Source: a virus
Reading direction: 5' to 3' (one strand)
IMG/VR virus record: IMGVR_UViG_3300045988_171586
Length of the DNA stretch: 39,292 nt
This document shows positions 7,449 through 17,538 of the stretch, one piece after another. The position numbers and the translations under genes are program-made. Each line of letters starts with the position of its first letter. Position 1 is the stretch's first letter. The notes below the pieces were generated by a model that ran no database searches, was not told where the DNA came from, and worked only from the letters and a program-made list of their open reading frames with translations.

Positions 7449-8852
7449 TTAATCATCATCATAATTATCAGTTACTCCAAACATATACAACTGTTCTCCA
7501 TCAGTATTACAAAATCCATACCCTATATTGATGAAACCATCATATTTAGCTACAGTTCCTAAACCTAAAGCGCTTTTGTTTTTGGAAATATTAAAAGGTA
7601 TTTTAGCAACTGTGATTGTTGCTGTGATACTTGCGCTATTGCCTACAGTATCAGTTATAGTACATATAACATCATATGTTTCGTTTAATGAGTATCCACT
7701 AAATACATAACTTCCTCCACTTGAAAAGCTTGTGTTTTTAGAGATGTTATTTATTTTAATAGCTTTGCTTGCTATTGAATTGCCAGTTATTGCTGAATAC
7801 GTAAATACTGGTTTGACACAAATATATGTGCCACTGGATACATCTTTTGTACCGCTTGAATTACTTCTAAATGCCTCCATAGAAATAGTTGGATAGGAAT
7901 ATCCAGTAACATTAATTGTTTTTATTGTAGAAGCTGTAAATCCTCTACTGTCAGTAACTGTGACTGTATATTTTAAACTTCCACTATCCCTGATATTTGA
8001 AGTTTGACACGTATTTTTACTTCCTGCATAGCTAAAGTTATTGCCACTAACAGCATAATTAGTAATGGTTGCACCATACTTAGCTGTTGCTGAAATAGTA
8101 AATTTAATATTGGATCTATTTTGCAAACATAGACTTCCAAATGGATTAATAATACTTGTTACAACACTATTTATAGTTGGTTCAGCGTTTGTCATCTGAT
8201 ATGTTCTATCGTGATAACTTGCCCAGGAACAGTTATTTGAATATAGTCCTATACGAATAGTGCATGTTTTGCCCTTACATGCTTCTCTTAACTGTTTTCT
8301 TTCATCATTAGTAAGTTCCCATGTAAACGTACCACTCGTACCACTTAATGTCCTTTTAGCGTAATGTTCTCCATTAGGATTTGGTTCCAACCAACATTCC
8401 ATATTGAAGTTACCTGGATTACTGTATTTGAACCAAGGATTATCAGTATCTTTGAAGGCTGTTGGTGAATCGGTTATATTGGCTTGTCGAGGAATAGTGG
8501 TTAATGTATGTGTATATCCATTTTCACTTGAACTGAATCTATCATGACTAATCCAACCACTTACACCGATTGACTTTGAACCATCACTATTATGTCCTAC
8601 AGTTACATCCCAAGTTCCTAATCGAATTGCACTGGAAGTAATTTTTTGGCCAGTACCTATTCCAACACTATATACTGTTCCATTTATACGAGCATATACT
8701 GTACCATTACCATATGTCGTATATCCTGTATTTGTACGCCATACATCAATCCAAACACGAACAACTGATGTGTTAGAATTGATGTCATATGACAGTTCCT
8801 GCGAATTGACACTATAGTTTATATATTTATTAGTGGTTCCAAATGTTGCCAT
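7449..8852 (-). CDS. Putative tail fiber / receptor-binding protein, 467 aa, beta-rich.
   Basis: It sits in the tail-fiber block downstream of the Tal-like gene. The composition is Ser/Thr/Asn/Gly-rich with repetitive beta-type segments. Function is assigned from position and composition only. Confidence 0.5.
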   Translation of the reverse strand: MATFGTTNKYINYSVNSQELSYDINSNTSVVRVWIDVWRTNTGYTTYGNGTVYARINGTVYSVGIGTGQKITSSAIRLGTWDVTVGHNSDGSKSIGVSGWISHDRFSSSENGYTHTLTTIPRQANITDSPTAFKDTDNPWFKYSNPGNFNMECWLEPNPNGEHYAKRTLSGTSGTFTWELTNDERKQLREACKGKTCTIRIGLYSNNCSWASYHDRTYQMTNAEPTINSVVTSIINPFGSLCLQNRSNIKFTISATAKYGATITNYAVSGNNFSYAGSKNTCQTSNIRDSGSLKYTVTVTDSRGFTASTIKTINVTGYSYPTISMEAFRSNSSGTKDVSSGTYICVKPVFTYSAITGNSIASKAIKINNISKNTSFSSGGSYVFSGYSLNETYDVICTITDTVGNSASITATITVAKIPFNISKNKSALGLGTVAKYDGFINIGYGFCNTDGEQLYMFGVTDNYDDD

Positions 8853-8862
8853 ATTTACCTCC

Positions 8863-9510
8863 TTACAAAATCAATAAACCTAATTCTTCATCATATATAA
8901 TTTGAAAAGTACCTAGATTGATTTGTTTCATTACAACTGCTTGAGAAATGTTTAATTGCTGATTTGAAAGATAAGCAATTCTTTTATCATTTTCGTAAAA
9001 GCCAAGTTCCGTATTGGACAGTCTTACATCAAATGGACTATTACTAGATCCTAATTTTAATACTCCACTTTCAAATTTTGCCCATTGAGAAATTTCTTCT
9101 TTAGTAGCAACTCCTGTTAGCTTATCAGTAATAGAGTTAACGTTATTCGTAACCAACTGAATTGAACTTGCATTTTGAATAATTTGAGAACTAAGACTAT
9201 TGATAGATGTCGTATTATTAGTAGTTGTTGTTTGCAGCTCTTCTACCAATGATGTTAATGAGTTTTTGAGTTGAGTTATTGCTGAATTATATTCAACAGA
9301 TATTTCTTGTCTCATATTGTTCATATCGTCAGCATAGTCATTAACAATTTCCCAAGTACCACTTGAACTGTCATATCTCTTTAAAGTTTGGGTGGTTGTA
9401 TCAAACCATAACTTTGTAGTATCACTAGGTGCAGTTGCACTTCTAATACTTGCATCTTCTCCATCATCAATTCTAATCAAAGTCAGAATTGCACTAGATT
9501 TAACTGCCAT
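8863..9510 (-). CDS. Baseplate or fiber-associated structural protein with a central coiled-coil, 215 aa.
   Basis: It lies in the distal tail block. The N-terminal beta region is KLWFDTTTQTLKRYDSSSGTWEIV and a heptad-like Ser/Thr/Asn-rich middle follows. Confidence 0.45.
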   Translation of the reverse strand: MAVKSSAILTLIRIDDGEDASIRSATAPSDTTKLWFDTTTQTLKRYDSSSGTWEIVNDYADDMNNMRQEISVEYNSAITQLKNSLTSLVEELQTTTTNNTTSINSLSSQIIQNASSIQLVTNNVNSITDKLTGVATKEEISQWAKFESGVLKLGSSNSPFDVRLSNTELGFYENDKRIAYLSNQQLNISQAVVMKQINLGTFQIIYDEELGLLIL

Positions 9511-9513
9511 ATA

Positions 9514-10590
9514 TTATCCCTCTAATTGTGCAGTATATGTTGCTTTGTTTGTTACATCCCCTGCACTAACCGTGAATGTTTGACCAGTTCCAACGGCAGT
9601 TGCACCAGCATCTTTGTACCATTTAATAGTTCCTAATGCTGTAATAGCAGCGCTAGTTAATTCTGTAGCACCTTTATACACATGAGCCGTTAAAGTTGTG
9701 GCGATTGCAGTATTTTTAAATACATTTCCATTAGAAGAAGTAATATTCATATAGATTGCATCATCACCTTTAGCACCTGTTTCCCCTTTATCTCCTTTAT
9801 CACCTTTTGCCCCGTTAGCACCATTTTTAGATACAGTATAGCTAATAGCTGTTTTACTGTCGCTGTAAGTCACTGTTACTCTTGTCCAAATATATTGCCC
9901 AGCAGTTGCTGCTGGTGGAGTTGTAGACCATCCACTAGTTGGTGTTGTTGTTCCGCTTGTTGATTGAACGTATTCAGTAACTGTTTTAGATACTGTAGGT
10001 GATGAACCATTAGCACCTTGTCTAGCGACTGAATAAGATACTGTAGAAGTACCATCACTATAAGTTACTGTTGTTTTTGTCCATAAGTAGTTTCCTGCGC
10101 TAACTGATGGAATAGTATCTTGCCATCCACTAGTTGGTGTAGTGGTACCACTTGACGAACCGACATATTGAATTGATTTAGACGAGATTTTAACACTTGT
10201 ACCTTGAATTCCTTGATTTCCTTTAAAAGCAATAGAATAAGAAAATACTTTGTTAATGGTAACTTCGTTTACCGTTCCCTCATTAACAATTATTGGTATA
10301 GTGAAACTTCCAGTTTTTGTTAATGCACTGGTTGCAGTAATTGTGATAGTAGGCATTGGAGTCTTTCCATCACTAACAGCACTAATACCTGTTGGGCATG
10401 TAATTGTACCTATTTTAGCGGGTACTGTTTCAGAACCTTGCAAAGCCATTACTTGTGTGCTTGTTGTTTGAGTTCCATTAACAGCAGTAGTAGTTCCTAA
10501 AAATGTGTAGTTATCATTTGTCAATACAACGGTATACCCATCCGTCATATCTAATAAATCTACTTGATTACTAGCTTTAATAGTTGCCAT
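9514..10590 (-). CDS. Tail fiber protein with a collagen-like G-X-Y repeat, an internal ~50-aa tandem duplication, and a C-terminal module shared with the Tal-like protein.
   Basis: The collagen-like repeat is GANGAKGDKGDKGETGAKGDD. The duplicated segment is SGTTTPTSGW...TVTYSD...SY(S/T)V(A/S)(R/K)(Q/N)GANG. The C-terminus DDAIYMNITSSNGNVFKNTAIATTLTAHVYKG resembles the C-terminus of the 749-aa protein. Confidence 0.65.
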   Translation of the reverse strand: MATIKASNQVDLLDMTDGYTVVLTNDNYTFLGTTTAVNGTQTTSTQVMALQGSETVPAKIGTITCPTGISAVSDGKTPMPTITITATSALTKTGSFTIPIIVNEGTVNEVTINKVFSYSIAFKGNQGIQGTSVKISSKSIQYVGSSSGTTTPTSGWQDTIPSVSAGNYLWTKTTVTYSDGTSTVSYSVARQGANGSSPTVSKTVTEYVQSTSGTTTPTSGWSTTPPAATAGQYIWTRVTVTYSDSKTAISYTVSKNGANGAKGDKGDKGETGAKGDDAIYMNITSSNGNVFKNTAIATTLTAHVYKGATELTSAAITALGTIKWYKDAGATAVGTGQTFTVSAGDVTNKATYTAQLEG

Positions 10591-10594
10591 GTTT

Positions 10595-12844
10595 TTAATC
10601 CTCCGTTATTAATTCACAGTTAAATACTGCTTTTTTATTTATATCTTGTGGACTTATTGTGAATATAAAGCCCTTATCATTCATTCTAGGGTCATCAAGT
10701 GGTACTGGCGAAAACTCTTTTTCTCCAAATTTCTTTACATGCCATTGAAGATATGCATTTTTTCCAAATCTTTTTTCCAGCTGTTCAGCACTTTCAATTC
10801 TTTCAGCACCGACATAAATATGGACTGTCAATATAGTTGCAATATCACTATTTTTGAATGTATTTCCATTTGAAGATTCAATATATAGAGTTATTGCATC
10901 ATCACCATAAGTTCCCATTATAAGTGGTTCACTTGTTTTTGATGAACCATCAGTATAATTTGTAACTGAATATGTCCATAGATATTTATTATTTGCATTG
11001 ATAGTTTGAATAGATGTTGTCCATCCCTCACTGTCTACTCTTATATCTTTACTTTTACTTGATGCTAAATAATAGGTTGTAATATTTTGAATTCCTACTC
11101 CTTGTTCAGCTAATGAAAAACTTACATATAATCTAATCGAAGTACCTTTATATGCAACATCACAAACGTATGTTACATTAGGAAATTTGTTTGTCATAAT
11201 ATTTTTATTAACTGATAAAATACCATCTTTTACGATCTCATAACTACTGTCTATGTCGACTTCCTTACTATTGATTATTTTTTTATAACCAATCGTACAA
11301 TTACTTAATTCTATAATTACATTGCCGTCCATAATACAAGGTGTAATGATTGCTGGTGTAATGGTCCAATCAGGAATGTAAGTTCCATTATCATTTAATT
11401 TTTGAGTTAATGTAGTATTAGTAACGTCTAAAAAACTATTTCCTAAATGAACTGCATCACTTTCATCAACTATTGTTGTGTATCCTGTATCAAATTGAAT
11501 ATTGTCCAATGTTAATACGCACTTAACATTAACTGACATATTAATATCATCAGGAGTTAATATGATAAATTTACCTGTTTTGTATTTTTTATCATTTAAA
11601 TACCATTGAAAGCTTAGATCATTATAATTTTCAGTAACATCTTCATTAGAATTCATAACATGACATGCAATTTTAATACTTTGATTATAACTATTAAGTA
11701 TAGTTGCACTAGGTACAAGATTAACAGTAATCAATGAAACATCCAAATCATCTATTTTGGATTCTATTTCATTAATCTTTGTTTTGATTTCTTCATTTGA
11801 TAATGATAATTCACCCATTTTAGTATTTAGATCTTCCTGCTCTTTAGCAACGATATCTAATTTTAATTTTTCTTGGTCTTGAGTTATCTGTAATTTTCTA
11901 ATTCTTGTTGAATTGGTAATTTTCTTAATAACACGTTCTTCGTTTTTTGTTGGAGTATTTCCATCAACTTCACTTATAGAAAATTCTCCACCTTTATATG
12001 TGATAGACAAATCAGTAACCATAAAATTGAATTCATCATTATAATTTACTAAACATCCTGGTAACAAGTTATCTATTGAAATCATTGATATGCTTTTTGT
12101 TGAATAAAATGTTAATCCATTTAATTGATCATATAGTTTATCAATCAAATTTTGTTCATCTGTTAAGTATAAATTGTTAGAATCTAGAAATATGGTATTA
12201 CCCGCTGTATCCCCTTTTTCTAATGGATTTAAGCCATTTTCATAATAAATTCTAGACACGCAGTACAATTCATTTTTTTCATAGTTTGTTAACGTATCAG
12301 TTTTAGCAAACGCATCCTTAGTCACTTGAACAAATTCAAGTGAGCCTTTACCGCTTGCAAATACATTTGCTCCAAAAAGCTCAGCAATCCATCCTAAGTA
12401 GTTTCTAATAACAATGGTGTTATCGTACCAGGAAACTTCTTTTTCTAAGATATACGCAGGAATATTGGTTCTTACAATAGAAAGACCAGTCAGCGTTTCT
12501 ATTTCATCTAACTGGTCTTTAATCGTTACTGGATAAGATAATTGAGTTGCATATGGAACATCCAATTCATAGTTGTTATCATATAATTTTAAGCTTAATG
12601 ACTTTGTATATTTTTCGGGTTGGTCGTAAACCTTAAAATATCTTACTTCACAATTTTCATTTTCTTGTACTTCCCAATATTTGGTTATATCCAAATCATC
12701 AAGAATACCATCATAGTTATCAAATTTAAGATTTAATTGCATAGTAGGTACATTTCCAATGATATAGCCATTAGCAAAAGAAATTGATGACTTATATTCA
12801 GTTAATCTATGTGTTACATCTAAATCTCCATATTTTATAAGCAT
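10595..12844 (-). CDS. Tail-associated Tal-like protein (prophage tail endopeptidase family position), 749 aa.
   Basis: The gene is large and immediately follows the Dit-position gene after the tape measure. It has a central coiled-coil (KLQITQDQEKLKLDIVAKEQEDLNTK...) and a C-terminal module (DDAITLYIESSNGNTFKNSDIATILTVHIYVG) shared with the collagen-like fiber. Confidence 0.6.
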   Translation of the reverse strand: MLIKYGDLDVTHRLTEYKSSISFANGYIIGNVPTMQLNLKFDNYDGILDDLDITKYWEVQENENCEVRYFKVYDQPEKYTKSLSLKLYDNNYELDVPYATQLSYPVTIKDQLDEIETLTGLSIVRTNIPAYILEKEVSWYDNTIVIRNYLGWIAELFGANVFASGKGSLEFVQVTKDAFAKTDTLTNYEKNELYCVSRIYYENGLNPLEKGDTAGNTIFLDSNNLYLTDEQNLIDKLYDQLNGLTFYSTKSISMISIDNLLPGCLVNYNDEFNFMVTDLSITYKGGEFSISEVDGNTPTKNEERVIKKITNSTRIRKLQITQDQEKLKLDIVAKEQEDLNTKMGELSLSNEEIKTKINEIESKIDDLDVSLITVNLVPSATILNSYNQSIKIACHVMNSNEDVTENYNDLSFQWYLNDKKYKTGKFIILTPDDINMSVNVKCVLTLDNIQFDTGYTTIVDESDAVHLGNSFLDVTNTTLTQKLNDNGTYIPDWTITPAIITPCIMDGNVIIELSNCTIGYKKIINSKEVDIDSSYEIVKDGILSVNKNIMTNKFPNVTYVCDVAYKGTSIRLYVSFSLAEQGVGIQNITTYYLASSKSKDIRVDSEGWTTSIQTINANNKYLWTYSVTNYTDGSSKTSEPLIMGTYGDDAITLYIESSNGNTFKNSDIATILTVHIYVGAERIESAEQLEKRFGKNAYLQWHVKKFGEKEFSPVPLDDPRMNDKGFIFTISPQDINKKAVFNCELITED

Positions 12845-12847
12845 TTT

Positions 12848-13213
12848 CTACACCTCAATCAAAGCAAAAGAAAAAGACTGAACTTTTAATCCCGTCTTTG
12901 TTCTTATATAATTATATTTTTTATTTCCGGCATACATCTTCTTCGTGCCCCTAATTCCATGATCAGGAATATACAACTCAACATTGAATTCAGTAGGAGT
13001 AACAGCATTTAAAATACTCACGACATCAACAAATGTCTTTAAATTCCATGTCAATGTTACTTTTAACATATTGGATCTAATTCTATTTCTCCTTAAAACA
13101 CCTGTAGCGATAGGTCTTACGCTATCTCCATCCAAATCCTGTATTTCAACACTGATATCAGAAGGTGTAGGTAATAATACACCATTCACCTTTATTTTTG
13201 CTTCATCAGCCAT
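12848..13213 (-). CDS. Small tail component in the distal-tail (Dit) position, 121 aa.
   Basis: It lies between the tape measure and the Tal-like gene. It is shorter than a typical Dit, so the call rests on position. Confidence 0.4.
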   Translation of the reverse strand: MADEAKIKVNGVLLPTPSDISVEIQDLDGDSVRPIATGVLRRNRIRSNMLKVTLTWNLKTFVDVVSILNAVTPTEFNVELYIPDHGIRGTKKMYAGNKKYNYIRTKTGLKVQSFSFALIEV

Positions 13214-13226
13214 TTCCTACACCTCC

Positions 13227-15944
13227 TTAATAATCAAATGCTGGTTTCCCAGTTTGTACTTCATAATCTTTGATGTTATCAATTACCATTCTAGCTAACG
13301 CTTTACCATTTTCTAAAACTAAATTGATAACATACGTTCCTCCATTACCACCGTCTCCTTGAGGTAATCTTTCAGAAATCTTTTGAGCAATTAAATCTAG
13401 ACCCTTTGTATTTCTTTGCAAAGGAATTACCGCTTCGGTTCCTGCTTCCCCAAAGATTGCAGGAGTTGCTTTTGAAACAACTGCACCTTCAGCCAATTTT
13501 GGAATTTTTGAAATATTAAATCCTTTTCCACCGATACCTGGAACCCAATTAGGAATTTTAATTTTATTTAATCCACCGATAAAACTGTTGATTCCACTAA
13601 TGATTGCATTAATAGGCGCTTTAAATATTCCAGCAAAACCACTAACTATATTGCTAAAGATATTCTTAACACCATTCCATGCTCTTGCCCAGTTTCCAGT
13701 AAAAACTCCACCAACAAAGTCAATGATACCACTTAACACACCTTTTATTGTGTTCCAGATAGCTGTTACTGTAGAGCAAAATGCATTAAGAGGTACACCT
13801 AATAAGCCGAATGCTTTTGTCCAATCATTCGTAAAACCTATTTTTAAGAAATTAGCAAATCCTTCAAAGATTTTTCTAATGCCTTCCCAACAACGTTTTT
13901 CGTCACCAGTGAACACACCAACAAAGAAATCAGTTAAGCCTTGGAACATTTCAATAACATTAGGAATTAATTCATTGATTAAATCTCCCCATGATTTGAA
14001 TGTATCACTGAACGATCCAACGATAAAATCAACTAATGGTGATAACACATTGTCCCATACCCAATTAATAGCATCACCTATAGCTTGGATACCTGGTTTC
14101 CATGTATTCCATACTTCTAATATTCCTGATAATGCAATTGATAATACGCTTACTAGGAAGTTTGCTAATGGAGCTAGTACATTTTTCCAAAGTGATAAGG
14201 CAATCGTAAATACTGCTTCTACTGCTTTGACAAATGTTTTAGCAAGGAACATTGCTATTGGTACAATAATTGTATTGAATAGATCCAATAGAAAATTAAA
14301 TATTGGTACTAAAATACTCTTATAGAAATTATCTAATATACCTGTTAATTCACTAATAGAATTATTTACTAATTGTCTAAAACTATCACTTGTTTGATAT
14401 AAATACACAAGTGCAGCTGTGACTGCAGCTACTATTGTTGCAAAAAATGCCGCAGTACCTGCCGTAGTTCCAAATATAGCCTGGAATCCTACAAGTACGC
14501 CACTTCCTTCAGTAATGTTACCCACAAAGACTGAAACAGCGGTTGCTAACCATTGAAACGGAGCAATTAGTGCACCAATAGCTTCAGTAATTGCTCCCCA
14601 ATTCATAATTGTTTCAAATGTCAATAACCCTGCTCCTATCCCAGCAAGAAGTGCTGTGATAACAGGACTATTTCCTTTTATCCAATCTTTAATTGAATTC
14701 AATTTCTTGAGTACTTTATCTACTGCTTTATCAACACCACTTGTATCGGGTTCTCCAAAAGCGTTATCCCAATCAATAGAGCCAACATCATAGCCTCCGC
14801 CACCAGCTCCACCAGCCCCGCTTCCACCTGAACCACCTGAGCCTGATGAATCACTTGCGCTGATTGTGTTGATTTCATCAAAGGATGCTAAAGAACCTAA
14901 GGCCTTTGCAGTTTTCTTGGCTTGACCCTCAGTACCTTTCAATGACTTATTTAAACCACCAGTTGAAGCTGTAGCTTTTTTAGCTGAATCACCTGCAGCA
15001 GTAAATCCAGCACTTGCTTGTTTAGCTCCACTCTTTTTACCAAATAATTTACCAAAAACTCCTGCGATTACATTTGCTAATGTAATCAACTTTCCAATAA
15101 TCATATTGATCACTTGAATGACTGGTGTTAATACAGCAATCAATCCATTACCAATAATTCCTAGTAATTGTTTGAACTGTTCTTGTAAGATACGTACTTG
15201 ATTGGCCCATGTTCCACTTGTTTTAGCAAAGTCCCCTTGAGCCATTGATAATTGATTCAATACAAAATTGTATCTCAAAGTAGTTAATTCAGCTTGTGAC
15301 ATATCGCTTACATTCTTACTGATTCCTTGGCTTAAAGCATATGATTGTAAGTTTGTTTGTGTCATGACGATACCTAAATCTTTTAATGTTTCAGTTTCAC
15401 CAGTAAATACTGATTTCAATTTAATATCAGCTAATTCTTGAGAAATATTATAGAAAGAAGCAACATCACCTGATAGACCAGCTAATGTTATTGCCATATC
15501 ACTTGCTTTTTCTTGTCCTAGCCCCATACCTGAAGCCATGGCCATATAAGTTGATGCTGTCTTTTTAGCTGAGAGTTCACTCATACCAAACTGTTGAATT
15601 GAATTTTTAGCAAATCGCTCGGCTTTCCATGCCATATCGCCAAATGCTGTATCAACTACGTTTTGTACTTCTGTAATATTTGAAGCAACTTCTATAGCTT
15701 CTTTCCCTAATTTGTATAAGCCAAATCCTGCAGCTACTTTAGCAACCATGGATTTAATACCACTTACGGCTTTGCTAATTCTTCCAGTAGAACTTTCAAT
15801 ACTACTTGCTGATGTTTTAGCTTCATTTGTTGCATTTTTCAATGCATTGCTGAACTTACTCGTTTCAGCTGAGATGATAACTTTTAATTCTTCTAATGTC
15901 TTTTTAATCATCTCCTTTAAATTTCTTATTGTAACTGTTAGCAA
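13227..15944 (-). CDS. Tail tape measure protein, 905 aa.
   Basis: The size is typical. The N-terminus is alpha-helical, a Gly-rich tract SGSGGSGGSGAGGAGGGG is present, and a hydrophobic central region follows. The gene lies after the G/GT chaperone pair. Confidence 0.85.
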   Translation of the reverse strand: MLTVTIRNLKEMIKKTLEELKVIISAETSKFSNALKNATNEAKTSASSIESSTGRISKAVSGIKSMVAKVAAGFGLYKLGKEAIEVASNITEVQNVVDTAFGDMAWKAERFAKNSIQQFGMSELSAKKTASTYMAMASGMGLGQEKASDMAITLAGLSGDVASFYNISQELADIKLKSVFTGETETLKDLGIVMTQTNLQSYALSQGISKNVSDMSQAELTTLRYNFVLNQLSMAQGDFAKTSGTWANQVRILQEQFKQLLGIIGNGLIAVLTPVIQVINMIIGKLITLANVIAGVFGKLFGKKSGAKQASAGFTAAGDSAKKATASTGGLNKSLKGTEGQAKKTAKALGSLASFDEINTISASDSSGSGGSGGSGAGGAGGGGYDVGSIDWDNAFGEPDTSGVDKAVDKVLKKLNSIKDWIKGNSPVITALLAGIGAGLLTFETIMNWGAITEAIGALIAPFQWLATAVSVFVGNITEGSGVLVGFQAIFGTTAGTAAFFATIVAAVTAALVYLYQTSDSFRQLVNNSISELTGILDNFYKSILVPIFNFLLDLFNTIIVPIAMFLAKTFVKAVEAVFTIALSLWKNVLAPLANFLVSVLSIALSGILEVWNTWKPGIQAIGDAINWVWDNVLSPLVDFIVGSFSDTFKSWGDLINELIPNVIEMFQGLTDFFVGVFTGDEKRCWEGIRKIFEGFANFLKIGFTNDWTKAFGLLGVPLNAFCSTVTAIWNTIKGVLSGIIDFVGGVFTGNWARAWNGVKNIFSNIVSGFAGIFKAPINAIISGINSFIGGLNKIKIPNWVPGIGGKGFNISKIPKLAEGAVVSKATPAIFGEAGTEAVIPLQRNTKGLDLIAQKISERLPQGDGGNGGTYVINLVLENGKALARMVIDNIKDYEVQTGKPAFDY

Positions 15945-16424
15945 ACCTTAATCTTCTTGCTTTAAAGCTTTCAAATTCATCTTGTTCTTTTTGGATATAG
16001 TATTCTTTCTTTTCATCTTCAAATAAATCAGGATAGTAATCCCATATTTGTTTGATGTCACTTTCACTTGCTTTTTCTTCACTGAATATAATACTAATTC
16101 CTCTTAATAACTGATCAGCAAGATTGTGATTATGTATTGCTATTTGTTTTTGTTTCATTCTTTCTTTTCTTCGGTAGGATTCAATATTATCTCCTATTTC
16201 TAGTACCGAAGACTCCCAAAATAAAAATGAACTAATATCACAATCTAAAGCAATTGGATAAAGTTCATTTATTAAATCGGTTAAAAATTCATATTCTACA
16301 TTAGCTCCTTCGCTTCCACTAGTTTCTTGTCCATTGTGTCCGCTTGAGCTCGTGAGAAAAAACCACTTACTTGATAAATTGGTAAAAATACATCTGTCAT
16401 GAATGACATTTGTGTTCCACCTTC
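15904..16424 (-). CDS. gpT-like extension expressed as a G-T fusion by a -1 programmed frameshift. The -1 frame is open from 16425 to the stop at 15904, and the fusion product is about 270 aa.
   Basis: The -1 frame relative to the gpG ORF is open throughout and joins the ORF-track entry 15904..16158. After the slip the fusion reads ...VSGFF-LTSSSGHNGQ.... Confidence 0.55.
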
Positions 16425-16727
16425 CTCACAGTATTTATCAAACATTGTAATTACATCATCTTCTTTGATGCCGTGTTGAAACTTTTTCAATGCACCATGA
16501 GTAATAAGTAACATTACTTTTAATGGTGGCAATGCACCTTCTTCAGCATTAGAAACAACTGTTAAAAGATTAACTCTTAATTTTGATTCTAAATTAACAA
16601 TTTCAGAAGTACTTAATTTTAATTTGTATTCTTTTCCATCTACTTTCCAAATAGCATAAGGCTTTCTTTTAGGGGTTTCTTCAACTGTAACTTCAACTTC
16701 TTCTAATTCACCACTTAATGCTCCCAT
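16296..16727 (-). CDS. Tail assembly chaperone (gpG-like).
   Basis: It lies between the major tail protein and the tape measure. Near its 3' end it contains the slippery heptamer T_TTT_TTC, with an open -1 frame downstream. Confidence 0.7.
   Translation of the reverse strand: MGALSGELEEVEVTVEETPKRKPYAIWKVDGKEYKLKLSTSEIVNLESKLRVNLLTVVSNAEEGALPPLKVMLLITHGALKKFQHGIKEDDVITMFDKYCEEGGTQMSFMTDVFLPIYQVSGFFSRAQADTMDKKLVEAKELM
16356..16362 (-). promoter_or_regulatory. Slippery heptanucleotide T_TTT_TTC for the -1 ribosomal frameshift.
   Basis: On the - strand, GGT TTT TTC encodes G-F-F in the gpG frame. The same bases read TTT TTT CTC in the -1 frame. Confidence 0.55.
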
Positions 16728-16741
16728 TTAATTTCTCCTTT

Positions 16742-17158
16742 CTATGCAATTTCAGGATCTGTAATTTCAAATGCTGATGACAATGCAATATTTAAATCAA
16801 ATTCAATAACTCCATTAACTCCACCACCAGTACGTTTAACTGAAACTTGACCTGTGAACTCAGTAGTTGTTCCATCTTTTAATGTTTCTTTAAAAGATAG
16901 ATTTTCTCCTGATGCTTCATATGCTCTTAATACACGATAAGGGCTGTCTTTTGCTGTGTTATCATATTTGAATTTATAAGTAATATCCCCTGGATCTCCA
17001 ATACCCATTTCATACATTTTTTGAGTATCATCTAAATCTGTATTTTCAACTTTTTCAGGATCTACACCGATTTCAGGAATTTCTTTTAATCCTTTTAATT
17101 TTGTATAAGTAGTTACTGTTTTGCTTTTAAATTCTAATTTAGCACCATTCGCTAACAT
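16742..17158 (-). CDS. Major tail protein (small Phage_tail_2/TP901-1-like type), 138 aa.
   Basis: It is immediately upstream of the chaperone pair and downstream of the tail-terminator-like gene. The size and beta-rich composition fit the family. Confidence 0.6.
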   Translation of the reverse strand: MLANGAKLEFKSKTVTTYTKLKGLKEIPEIGVDPEKVENTDLDDTQKMYEMGIGDPGDITYKFKYDNTAKDSPYRVLRAYEASGENLSFKETLKDGTTTEFTGQVSVKRTGGGVNGVIEFDLNIALSSAFEITDPEIA

Positions 17159-17178
17159 ACATTTTCCTCCTTGACTTT

Positions 17179-17538
17179 TTAACTTGTATGATAAATAAAC
17201 TGTTTATCACAGTCTATAATTGCTTCATATCTCATTTGTTTATGTTTTAAACCACTAGGATCAGGAACATCCGAACATGACGTTCTTAAAAAACCTAAAC
17301 CTGCCATTACTTCATCTACATCACACGCAGTTTGTGATGTGCTTTTATTATCCCAAATATCAATTCTATATCGAATGAACGAGGATTGTTCTTTATCATC
17401 AGTAAAGTCAGCTACTTTATTTTCTTCTTCGACATACTGAACCGCAGGCAAGTCGGCCCAGTTTTGAGGATAAGCATCACTTACATTCTTATTTTTTTGA
17501 GAAAGTCCTTTATAAACAATGTCTTTAACATTAATCAT
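17179..17538 (-). CDS. Tail terminator / neck-position protein, 119 aa.
   Basis: Called from its position between the HK97 gp10-like gene and the major tail protein gene. Confidence 0.4.
   Translation of the reverse strand: MINVKDIVYKGLSQKNKNVSDAYPQNWADLPAVQYVEEENKVADFTDDKEQSSFIRYRIDIWDNKSTSQTACDVDEVMAGLGFLRTSCSDVPDPSGLKHKQMRYEAIIDCDKQFIYHTS

Noticed and set aside
13588-14325. A 245-aa + strand ORF inside the tape measure gene, and other + strand ORFs such as 5054..5272, 10250..10471, 29383..29606 and 31998..32300.
   Set aside because: These are shadow ORFs antisense to well-supported - strand genes. They are low-complexity, have no RBS, and their frames are maintained only by the AT-rich codon bias of the opposite strand.
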